Below the pieces are notes generated by a model. That model saw only the letters and a program-made list of their open reading frames with translations, searched no databases and was not told the origin of the DNA. The position numbers and the translations under genes are program-made. A DNA stretch of 64,000 nt from Macrostomum hystrix (Eukaryota; Animalia; Platyhelminthes). Position 1 is the first letter of the stretch, and each line of letters opens with the position of its first letter. The DNA lies in NCBI GenBank assembly GCA_950097015.1, contig CATNEN010000039.1, positions 6,324,001 through 6,388,000 of the forward strand, written 5' to 3'. Positions 24,801 through 36,330 of this stretch are shown here, one piece after another.

Positions 24801-26152
24801 GTATTTAGCTCATACATGTCAGGCTAGGGCGTTAAACTTTTAAATTTGAACTCGTTATATTCCCTCGCATAATAGCGTTCTTTCAAGAATAATATTGAAC
24901 ACTGAACTGGGTTGAGACAGGCCAGTTCCGCTAAGACTATTGTGCCGTATATAACACCCGGGTCTCAGTGGTTTGAACCGCTATTGCAGCTTAAAAAGCC
25001 TTTTCAACTTTGAAAGCGGGTTTGTAGCCTTGTTCGTTCGAATGGAGGCCTTGAAGGTCAGGGTTTCGATTCCCGTTGGAACAATTCGCGTCCTCTAGCA
25101 AGACACTTAACTCAGCATTGTTTCAGTTCACCCAGCTCTTAAATGGGTACCAGCAGATCAGCTGCGTGTGGGTGTGGGTGGGTGTGGCATTCCCCAGTCC
25201 ATGGACTGAACAGCGCAATAGCTGCAGGTGTGCAGTCGGCTGCAATCGGGGGCAGGCGTAATATATTTATATTATTCTTAATTTTTTAAAAGTCCTGCTT
25301 CTCTGGGGCTACAGGTGTTGGTTTTGCTCATTTGAGCACTTTAAACAAGAACCGAAAGTCATTATCAATTATCAAAGTATGTTTTTCATATTGTTCTCTG
25401 TGTCCATTCTCACAGCAACTGCTCATGCAGCCATCTTACTCTCATCTAACCATTCATCTCAGCCTAATCTCACCATGATCTCACATCTCCAGCCGGGCCG
25501 GGTGCTAGAGGAGGATGGGTCATGCAGCCAGCGCGATCCCATCTACCTGTTCACGGCCTGGTCTGATTGGTCAGAGTGCCACCCGACCTGCGGCCCGCTG
25601 CGAATGCGCAACAGAACGCGGCAGTGCCTGCTGAAATCTCTCGCCAGCTGCAGCAGGGCCACACCAGACAACGAGGTATTTCGCGAACGAGTCTGCCGAC
25701 CGCGAGCCTGCAACCGGCACCTGGGTCAGGCGGCGCTACTGTACTACGAGGAGCTCTCCGGCGAGATGCTGGACCTGGCGTCTGGCAGCCTGGCATTGAT
25801 CTGTGTGGCCGTGTCCACTGCAGCCGGCTGCGGCATCTTCATAGTCCTGATATTCGTCCTCAGCCCCACACTGTACCGGCGCCTCCTGGAAGAATCGCTC
25901 TGGTTCATGCTGGTGACGCGCAATCGATTGTCAAGGCTTTTCAACCTTCCCCTGCTGCTGGTGACCGAGTTTCGTCGGGCTCGATGCGGACAGAGGCCAA
26001 CGGAGGCGACGACAGAGAGGGCTGAAACATCCAAGTCCACGGCAGATATACAAGAGGCCATTGATACGGTCGGCGAGAACGCCACTACGGAGATTCGGGA
26101 AGCTGCCGAAAGCGGTGACGAAATTTCGGCTTCGAAATTGAAGGCGGAGTGA
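18832..26152 (+). CDS. Large Cys-rich type I membrane protein: signal peptide, CPNPC/EGF-like module, several WSC-like repeats, EGF repeats, TSP1, TM helix, acidic tail
   Basis: Exons 18832-19744, (19823-~20520 unresolved), ~20520-21289, 21707-22338, 22591-24242, 24334-24624 and 25493-26152, with consistent phases from 21289 onward. WSC-like CxxxCxxxC..F....CxC units; EGF CKCRKDFFGTSC and CLCK|PGRVLEEDGSC; TSP1 WSDWSECHPTCG..RNRTRQC; hydrophobic LALICVAVSTAAGCGIFIVLIFVL. AATAAA at 26162. Confidence 0.78.
21379..21645. repeat. 15-bp intronic minisatellite (GTGACATGGTTCAGA)n
   Basis: Direct inspection. Lies in intron 21290-21706 and explains the RVTWF ORF. Confidence 0.95.
25045..25212 (+). 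mobile_element. SINE family A copy, 5' degenerate, intronic
   Basis: GTTTCGATTCCC..GGAACAATT..TAGCAAGACACTTAAC..TTCAGTTCACCCAGCT..CCCCAGTCCATGGACTGA, shared with the 12635 copy. Confidence 0.75.
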
Positions 26153-26429
26153 GCTGAACTGAATAAAAACTCTCATCCTCAACTGGCCTACTCACAGTAG
26201 TAAAGCGAACTTTTGACAGTTTAAAACTGTTCGTTGATGTTAATTTGTTGAATTCATTCGGAAATTTTCGCCTTGTTGCCTGCCCCCAAACGTTGCATAT
26301 TCACTGATGCTTCTTCTTATTTAAGTCTTTGTTATAAATTTGTTACAAATAACTAATTTTTGCGGGTTAGTAATATTGCAGTTTATAGTAATGTCACCCT
26401 TAAAGTTTGTGTAACCCTTGATCAACTAC

Positions 26430-27065
26430 AGTCTCTCCCTTCATAACTTACAGTCTTACCCTACATCACCTGCAGTCTCAACCTTCATAACCTGCAGTCT
26501 CACCCTACATCATCTGCAGTATCATTCTTCGTCAACTTGAGTCTCAACTCTTCACAAACTGCGGTCTCACCCTCCCATCAACTGCTGTCTCAACCTTCAA
26601 TAATCCCAGTCTCACCCTTCTATAATCCCAGTCTCACCCTTCAATAATCCCAGTCTCACCCTTCAATAATTCCAGTCTCACCCTTCAATAATCCCAGTCT
26701 CACCCTTCAATAATCCCAGTCTCACCCTTCTATAATCCCAGTCTCACCCTTCAATAATCCCAGTCTCACCCTTCTATAATCCTAGTCTCACCCTTCAATA
26801 ATTCCAGTCTCACCCTTCGATAATTCCAGTCTCACCCTTCAATAATCCCACTCTCACCCATCAATAATCCCAGTCTCACCCTTCAATAATTCCAGTCTCA
26901 CCCTTTAATAATCCTAGTCTCACCCTTCAATAATTCCAGTCTCACCCTTCAATAATCCTAGTCTCACCCTTCAATAATTCCAGTCTCACCCTTCTATAAT
27001 CCCAGTCTCACCCTTCTATAATCCCAGTCTCACCCTTCAATAATCCCAGTCTCACCCTTCAATAA
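26430..27065. repeat. 22-bp minisatellite (AATCCCAGTCTCACCCTTCAAT)n
   Basis: Direct inspection. Units are degenerate at the left edge and homogeneous from ~26595. Confidence 0.95.
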
Positions 27066-28104
27066 TTTCATTTTCGCACTTCAAAGACTGCCTCGGACTC
27101 ATTCGCGGTCGCTGTTTGCTAGGTAATTTTAGTATTTAGTTCTGTTCTAGCTAATCTAATGATTTCAAGGTAAATATCAAATATAAATATTCATATACTT
27201 TTCTGCCTATTTAATTGGCTGGCCAAGCATGAAAGCAGAATCAGTTTTTTGCAAGATGAACAATAAAAAGACACAGAGTGCTTTTTTCTCCATGAATCTG
27301 CTGGATATTATTTAATAGCTGCAAGAACCCGCATGCATGATCAATCGCAGGTGTTAATCTGTGAATATGAAGTTGGTAATGTCACCGAGTTTTTTGTTTC
27401 AATAGCCCGCCCTGCGGCTATAAGAAGGGGTGGCGTTCGAAAGTATTTGTCAACACGTCAGAAGATCCTCCCTAATTTCCTTAAAATTGGACACGGAGTG
27501 TCGGCAATAAAATAATTCGCAGAATTCGCACCACTTTCCACTCGAGTGCATTGTCAGCAAAAATGTCTCACTGGGGGGGACTGCAGGGGGTTTTAGGGAA
27601 AAGCGAAAAAAGGGGAATTGAATACATTGGGCGGGGAAGTTGTTATTGTGTCAGAGAAAATCCCAATCTCAAACATATTTGCAGGGCGGGGATTGCATGG
27701 CCCTCCAATACCGTCCATTGTTTGGCAGCTTCTATTCCAAGACATTGATACGCATTAGCAGGCCACCCACCGGGTTTGTTTGCAGTGCCAATTGCGTATG
27801 ACTTGTCATTCAATTAGCAAAGGTAAACTATATGCATCCGTGTGTGTGTGTGTGTGTGCCTCATGCGCACAGTGGCCACTTTACGGCGTGTCCTGCAGGA
27901 GCGAAGCATCAAAAACAATTCGCAACTATCATTTGGGAATATTTTTAGGCTGTGTGATTGCTTTAGTTTTAAATTTTAATTTCATTTTAGACAACAACAA
28001 AAATGCCTAAAAATAGCTGCAAACGAGAACACTTTTAAGTTGCCAATGTAAATTTTCGTAGGCCAAATTGAAATAAAACTGTTTTAGAGAAACCTGAATC
28101 TTGA

Positions 28105-29285
28105 AAGGTAGTTCAGATTCCTGGTAGGTATAGTTCAGATTCCTGGAAGGTAGTTCAGATTCCTGGTAAGTATAGTTCAGATTCCTGGAAGGTAGTTCAG
28201 ATTCCTGGTAAGTATAGTTCAGATTCCTGGTAAGTATAGTTCAGTGGGGGGGACTGAATCCCAGTCTAACCCTTCAATAATCCCAGTCTAACCATTAGAG
28301 TGGGATTATTGGTAAGTATAGTTCAGATTCCTGGTAAGTATAGTTCAGATTCCTGGTAAGTATAGTTCAGATTCCTGGTAAGTATAGTTCAGATTCCTGG
28401 AGAGTATATTTTAGATTCCTGGAAGGTATAGTTTTTTTCTTGGAAGGTATTTCAGTTTCTTGGAAGGTAGTTCAGTTTCTTGGAAGGTAGTTCAGTTTCT
28501 TGGAAGGTATAGTTCAGTTTCTTGGAAGGTAGTTCAGTTTCTTGGAAGGTAGTTCAGTTTCTTGGAAGGTAGTTCAGTTTCTTGGAAGGTAGTTCAGTTT
28601 CTTGGAAGGTAGTTCATATTCCTGGTAGGTATAGTTCAGATTCCTGGAAGGTAGTTCAGTTTCTTGGAAGGTAGTTCAGTTTTTTGGAAAGTATAGTTCA
28701 GTTTATTGGAAGGTAGTTCAGTTTCTTGTAAGGTAGTTCAGTTTCTTGGAAGGTATAGTTCAGATTCCTGGAAAGCGTATTTTAGATTCCTGGAAGGTAT
28801 AGTTCAGATTCCTGGAAGGTATAGTTTATTTTTTTGGAAGGTATTTCAGTTTCTTGGAAGGTAGTTCAGTTTCTTGGAAGGTAGTTCAGTTTCTTGGAAG
28901 GTAGTTCAGTTTCTTGGAAGGTAGTTCAGTTTCTTGGAAGGTATAGTTCAGATTCCTGGAGAGTATATTTTAGATTCCTGGAAGGTAGTTCAGATTCCTG
29001 GAAGGTATAGTTTATTTTCTTGGAAGGTATTTCAGTTTCTTGGAAGGTAGTTCAGTGTCTTGGAAGGTAGTTCAGTTTCTTGGAAGGTATTTCAGTTTCT
29101 AGGAAGGTAGTTCAGATTCCTGGTAGGTATAGTTCAGTTTCTTGGAATGTAGTTCAGTGTCTTGGAAGGTAGTTCCGTTTCTTGGAAGGTAGTTTACATT
29201 CCTGGTAGGTATAGTTCAGATTATGTACTTTCTGCTGGAATGAGTATCTCAGTTTCTTGGAAAGTGGTTCAGTTCTTGTTGCGAG
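28105..29285. repeat. 20/22-bp minisatellite (GGAAGGTAGTTCAGTTTCTT / GGTAAGTATAGTTCAGATTCCT)
   Basis: Direct inspection. Interrupted at 28245-28310 by foreign sequence. Confidence 0.95.
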
Positions 29286-29946
29286 TAGCTTAGTTTTTAG
29301 GAATCTCAGAAGGCAAAGTTCAGAAGCATTTTGTTATAATGCTGCTTTTTTGGAAAGTGAAATAAAAAAGCAGCTTTTAACGAGGATTTGAAAGTTAGAT
29401 TTTTTTAAAAAGTTCTTGAGTTTATTGAGTACATGCGCTCCTCTGTCATAACTTTTGTGGTTATTTTGAAAAGAATGCTTAAGTCTAACTTTTACTCTCC
29501 CCATTGCTACATCTGTGATGCGTTATCGGACATTTTTGGGATAAAAAACCCCATTAGGCCTAAGATATTGCGTCTGTCACGCGTGACTCAGGCCTGGGGG
29601 ATTTCGCACGCAAAACCTCCCCTCCCCCGCACTGTTGCGCAATTTTCCCACAACAAATTTTTGGGGCCCAGCAGGCGGGCTGAGGTATCTACAGCCGGTG
29701 GTGTTTGATGGGCCGAGGGGAGATGGGATGGATGGGAGAGGCGGACCCAATGGGAATCGTCTTTCGGATGATCCCGACTCCCAAAAGCCCCAATAGGGAT
29801 CGATCTAGCTAAGCCACAAGTTGACTTTGTCTGAGACTTTTTTTGGGATTTAATAACCCGGTGCGCCAGTGCGAAGTTGGACAACTTTTTTCCCCCTGAC
29901 AGCAGATTAGAGCCCAAGCAGGTAGACACCACAGAGCCACAGCTTC

Positions 29947-32766
29947 ATGGCCGGTAGAGATCTATTCAGCAGCGGCAGCGACTCCGCCATTGTCTGCGAG
30001 CTGCGCATCGTCCTGCCGCATGCCTTCTGCCTGAACTCGCTGGACCCCGCCAGGCCGCCCGTCGTGGTTGCCCGACGTCGGCTCGATGTCGGCAGCCGGT
30101 TCATTCCTGGCCAGGGCAGCACCTGCTCCGAGCCTCTGACTGCTGGCCAGCTGCCGCAGGAAGCCGAGATCGATGAGGTGAGCCGCCTAGGATGCAGGGC
30201 TGGGTGAGAGGATGAGAGGTAGGGTGAGAGGATGAGACTTAGGGTGAGAGGATGTTGGGTAGAGTGAGAGGATGTTGGGTAGAGTGAGATGATGTTGGGT
30301 AGAGTGAGAGGATGTTGGATAGAGTGAGAGGATGTTGGATAGAGTGAGAGGATGTTGGGTAGAGTGAGAGGATGTTGGATAGAGTAAGAGGATGTTGGGT
30401 AGAGTGAGAGGATGTTGGATAGAGTGAGAGGATGTTGGGTAGAGTGAGATGATGTTGGGTAGAGTGAGATGATGTTGGGTAGAGTGAGAGGATGTTGGGT
30501 AGAGTGAGAGGATGTTGGATAGAGTAAGAGGATGTTGGGTAGAGTGAGAGGATTTTGGATAGAGTGAGAGGATGTTGGGTAGAGTGAGATGATGTTGGGT
30601 AGAGTGAGAGGATGTTGGGTAGAGTGAGAGGATGTTGGGTAGAGTGAGAGGATGTTGGATAGAGTGAGAGGATGTTGGGTAGAGTGAGAGGATGTTGGGT
30701 AGAGTGAGAGGATGTTGGATAGAGTGAGATGATGTTGGGTAGAGTGAGATGATGTTGGGTAGAGTGAGATGATGTTGGGTAGAGTGAGAGGATGTTGGGT
30801 AGAGTGAGAGGATGTTAGATAGAGTAAGAGGATGTTGGGTAGAGTGAGAGGATGTTGGGTAGAGTGAGAGGATGTTAGATAGAGTAAGAGGATGTTGGGT
30901 AGAGTGAGAGGATGTTGGGTAGAGTGAGAGGATGTTGGATAGAGTGAGAGGATGTTGGGTAGAGTGAGATGATGTTGGGTAGAGTGAGAGGATGTTGGGT
31001 AGAGTGAGATGATGTTGGGTAGAGTGGGATGATGTTGGGTAGAGTGAGAGGTTGTTGGGTAGAGTGAGAGGATGTTGGATAGAGTGAGAGGATGTTGGGT
31101 AGAGTGAGATGATGTTGGGTAGAGTGGGATGATGTTGGGTAGAGTGAGAGGATGTTGGGTAGAGTGAGAGGATGTTAGATAGAGTAAGAGGATGTTGGGT
31201 AGAGTGAGAGGATGTTGGGTAGAGTAAGAGGATGTTGGATAGAGTGAGAGGATGTTGGGTAGAGTGAGATGATGTTGGGTAGAGTGAGAGGATGTTGGGT
31301 AGAGTGAGATGATGTTGGGTAGAGTGGGATGATGTTGGGTAGAGTGAGAGGATGTTGGGTAGAGTGAGAGGATGTTGGATAGAGTGAGAGGATGTTGGGT
31401 AGAGTGAGATGATGTTGGGTAGAGTGGGATGATGTTGGGTAGAGTGAGAGGATGTTGGGTAGAGTGAGATGATGTTGGGTAGAGTGGGATGATGTTGGGT
31501 AGAGTGAGAGGATGTTGGGTAGAGTGAGAGGATGTTAGATAGAGTAAGAGGATGTTGGGTAGAGTGAGAGGATGTTGGGTAGAGTGAGAGGATGTTAGAT
31601 AGAGTAAGAGGATGTTGGGTAGAGTGAGAGGATGTTGGGTAGAGTGAGAGGATGTTGGATAGAGTGAGAGGATGTTGGGTAGAGTGAGATGATGTTGGGT
31701 AGAGTGGGATGATGTTGGGTAGAGTGAGATGATGTTGGGTAGAGTGGGATGATGTTGGGTAGAGTGGGATGATGTTGGGTAGAGTGAGATGATGTTGGGT
31801 AGAGTGAGATGATGTTGGGTAGAGTGAGAGGATGTGTTGGAAATGATTACCAAGCCAGGATAGCAAGTGTCCATTACTGCTCTAAATATTTGAGTTTAAA
31901 GTGTTCCGGCACTAGATGCAAACTGCTTGTGATGTCCCTGAGGTGCGAGTATCGTTTCTTGATTGAATTTATACTCGGGCTGAACCATTAGGATTGCGAA
32001 ATGACTGAGCCTTTCGTGTTTAGTTGTTCGCAATCGCCATCACTTTGACATGGAAGCAGCGCGAACTGATGTGATCAGACAGCTATCAAATATTTAGCAT
32101 GTTGGCTGGAAAGTTGAGTGACATCCGCCCGCTCATCCTCCACAATTAGGCAATTGATACAGATCTTTCACCCTGGGATTCTAGCTTCTCCTAAAAGCTG
32201 CCACGAAAGTTAAGAATTTTTTCACTTGGCAAACAATTTTTTGTTGCCAAGTGAAACTAAACTGCGGTCAGTTGCTTGTCACAGCGCCTGCTGAAACCAC
32301 AACACGCGCACGTGTCTTCAATTAAAATTAACACAACCCGCAAGGCTGAGGTGTAAAACTATTATAGCTTGGCTCTTGGTATCCCAAATCCCAAAATTTC
32401 CTTTTCCCGTCGCCATTTGGTCGGACAAAACACTCGCCAGGTTGCAATGGGCGATGGCGCAATATCTGGCAGTCCCGTCAGCTCCACCGAATTACGCTGG
32501 GAAATCAGTTTGGACCAGAATATCGAATGGGGGAAGGATTGAGAGGATCGGAAGTGCTGGGAACCAACTGCAGGTCCGGGCTGATCACATCACAACTGCG
32601 GGGCCGACGAGAATAATTGATTCTGGTCCCTCTGACCCAGGCTAAATATTCGACACTTTGGCGGTCTGGCGGCCTTCATATCTGCCTCTGCTTTTCAAAT
32701 CCATTTCCTGCTTTTGTTTGTTACTAAAGCTAACAGAAACTGCGCTTCTGTTTCTAGCTAACTAAC

Positions 32767-32800
<34 letters not shown>

Positions 32801-35800
32801 AGAAGTTAATTACTTGTGGATTTACGCAAACGTCTCACTTGGCTATCAATACGATTGTAGAAACTTTCAACTGTCAACGTCATTCCCATTTTTTCGAATA
32901 TAGGATCAACATGCTTTGGTGGGTGCGTAGGATACTGTGCGGGATATTTTTTGAGCAGTAGAAAAAATTCGTTGAATCCCCGCCGGTTGTGCTCACGGCA
33001 TCGGCTCGGCACAGACAGATAGGCTCTAGATCCCGCGATGGGAAATCTCAGCGGGTGGTTATCCCACTGACCTCTCCGCGCCCCAATACTGGCGTGATGC
33101 AATTCTCCCATCATCATCGGGACCCATCATCCACTGATTGGTGGAGGTGATGCAACACTGGGACAGCCTCACAGCACTGGCTAGCCCCCGCAGGGCCGAC
33201 CCGACTCAAATGCGATCCCAGCGTGACGCCTTTGGTATCGAGTTTTTTTAATTCTCCCTCAGCCTCTTCGCCTCTCCCCTTTTCGTCTCAGAAAAAACTG
33301 CCTATTATCGGCTTACTTTGGTCCCACCTTTCCCTTTCCCTCATCCCTTAAATTAGTGCCTCGAACCATTGCTAACACTATTGGGGTGTCCTTGTCCCGC
33401 CGGTACCTCCCTCGGTGTTGTTCAGAGGATTAAATTTAAATAAGTCTTTGTACCACGAGGTCTTTATCTCCACGTGAATCTGGCATTTCTGCGGGAGTGC
33501 AAAAAACACATTCAAAGGATTTAAAAGTCGCCTTGATGGAAAAGAGAAAGAAAGTAATTGCGTCACTCTCAGAAAACTTTGCTTCAATTTTCGAACGAAA
33601 ATTATCAGTTTCGGCCGTGGCAGCGGCCGCGGTCGGATGGGGATAATCTTGAAGGGCAGCTTAAAGTTGAATTTGAATCTCCCATTAAAATTAGTTGAGT
33701 CGTGGTGTCAGATAAATTTTAGAAGGGCCCGAGCAGTCCTAGAGTGGCCTGACAGGCTAATCGCAACTCAACTCAAAGACCGAGCTGAGCACACTCGCCG
33801 GGGTTGGATGAGATCAACGGCAATTAAAAAATGGGAAATTATCCCCGAGACACATCGAGGACACCATCGAGCTCTCGGATTTAGTTAAAAAGTCAAACAC
33901 GCAATCGTGGCCAAGTGCCGACCCGGAGAAGGAGGCGACAGCGGCACGAATCCTGTGACAGGAAAGCTGGTGAAGAGTGAGGATTGAAGCCACTGGAACT
34001 CGTTCCTCCGCTAATTGGCCCCGCCTTCTCACCGCAGCTTCTCACCTGAGACCTGCTCGTCCAAATTGAATGCGAATTTCTCACTCTGCTGTCACTTATG
34101 AGTTTTATTGCTCTGACACCTGTGTCCCACACCCTACCCGCCTGTCTCACACGCTACCCTCCTGTGTCTCACACTCTACCCTCCTGTGTCTCACACGCTA
34201 CCCTCCTGTGTCTCACACTCTACCCTCCTGTGTATCACACTCTACCCTCCTGTGTCTCACACGCTACCCTCCTGTGTCTCACACCCTACTCGCCTGTGTC
34301 TCACACCCTACCCGCCTGTGTCTCACACTCTACCCTCCTGTGTCTCACACTCTACCCTCCTGTGTCTCACACGCTACCCTCCTGTGTCTCACACCCTACC
34401 CTCCTGTGTCTCACACGCTACCCTCCTGTGTCTCACACGCTACCCTCCTGTGTCTCACACTCTACCCTCCTGTGTCTCACACTCTACCCTCCTGTGTCTC
34501 ACACTCTACCCTCCTGTGTCTCACACTCTACCCTCCTGTGTCTCACACTCTACCCTCCTGTGTCTCACACGCTACCCTCCTGTGTCTCACACTCTACCCT
34601 CCTGTGTCTCACACGCTACCCTCCTGTGTCTCACACTCTACCCTCCTGTGTCTCACACTCTACCCTCCTGTGTCTCACACTCTACCCTCCTGTGTCTCAC
34701 ACTCTACCCTCCTGTGTCTCACACCCTACCCTCCTGTGTCTCACACGCTACCCTCCTGTGTCTCACACCCTACCCTCCTGTGTCTCACACGCTACCCTCC
34801 TGTGTCTCACACCCTACCCTCCTGTGTCTCACACGCTACCCTCCTGTGTCTCACACTCTACCCTCCTGTGTCTCACACGCTACCCGCCTGTTGGACAAAA
34901 GGCGACTGTCAGTGAATCGTCAAATACGCAGATCACTGACAATAAATTTAGCCTCAAGTGTAGGCAAAAACCCAATGACGCACTGAAGTAGGCACTCATG
35001 TTCTCATCCTTGAACCCGCAGGGCTCAATTAAAATCTTTAACCTTCCCATCAGAGCCTTGCCAATTCCCCAATCATCAGTTTACAAAGAGGGCTCAGAGG
35101 TTCTCTGCAATAAAAATACTTACACAACTCGAATAACTCGTCATGAACGATGCTTTGCCTGTAATGCCATTAGCTCCCCCTCCTGAGTAGAAGAAGCTCG
35201 AGTCAAGCCTGCCAGAATGTTCTTAATTGACCCCCAACAAGCCTGCGCGACAGTCCCAATGAGTCGGCAAAAATAAGAAGAGGACAGGAGAGGCAGCGAG
35301 AATCGAACTCCGATATGGAACTGAGGCTAGGTCAAGGAGCTGTGCCAGCCTGTCTGTCTGTCTGGCCATTTTCAGCGCCACTTCAAAGCATCGACATCTT
35401 TCCACCCCCCAGCCAATCCCAACCACCAACAAGATGACAAGAGCGGCCTCGGGTCAAGATCCCATTGTGGAGAGAGCTGTGTCTGCAGTTCCAATGCCAA
35501 ATTGGACACTCAGGCGAACATTACCAGAGACTAGCGGGGCTAGCAGGAAATCGGTAAACACTTGTCAGTATCGAACGCCTAGTTAACTTTAATTGCCTCT
35601 CTCCGCGGTGCCCGGAAAGAATTCTATTTGCCTCGAGTATAAAATGCCGGCCACCCTTACTCAGCCGATTCCTGAGCCAAACTCCCCCCCAACACACAGA
35701 ACCTGCGCGACTTCGGCTGCGTCCAGAGCTGGGAGCGAAGCGGAGCCGACGGCCGGCTGGTGTGGCATTGCAACTGGATCCGCCTGGCCCTGCCGGCCAA

Positions 35801-36293
35801 GCAGCCGTCGGAGGCCAACCTGCTGGCTGTGCGTCAGCGCGACCGAGTCACCTACGAGGCCGTCCAGCAGCTGGAGCCGGGCGACCCGCTCAGAATATTC
35901 TTCTGTGACTCGGCGATCGGCGCCGCTTCGGCCGCCGTGGTGGCGACTCCATCGCCACAGAAGGCTCAAAAGCAGCAACAGCAGCAGCAGCAACAGCGCG
36001 ACTCCGGCCTGGGCCAGTCTGACCTGGCCTCTACCGACTCCAGCCCGACCGAAAGTCACCACGCGGGTGTCGCAGACCAAAGCAGACTGCCGCCGCTCAT
36101 GGAGGAGCTGCAACCGAGGCCGCCACCGCTCCTGGCTGACGAAGCCGACGACACCATTGGCAAAGATGACAATGAAGACTGCGAAGCTGAGCAATACCAG
36201 GAGGAAGACGGCGTCGACAGAGAAGAGGAAGAAGAAGACGATGAGTTAAACAGCCTCCCGTACCAGTTTGATCACGAAGATCAAACTGACGAC

Positions 36294-36330
<37 letters not shown>

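Noticed and set aside
29907-31874. 655-aa and 559-aa minus-strand ORFs
   Set aside because: Translations of the 20-bp minisatellite on a strand lacking stops; antisense to a well-supported intron.
34070-34991. Three overlapping 266-297 aa ORFs, and likewise ORFs over the 40.9-43.6, 45, 54.5, 57, 61.3 and 62.3-63.2 kb arrays
   Set aside because: Pure repeat translations open in several frames with no unique coding flanks.
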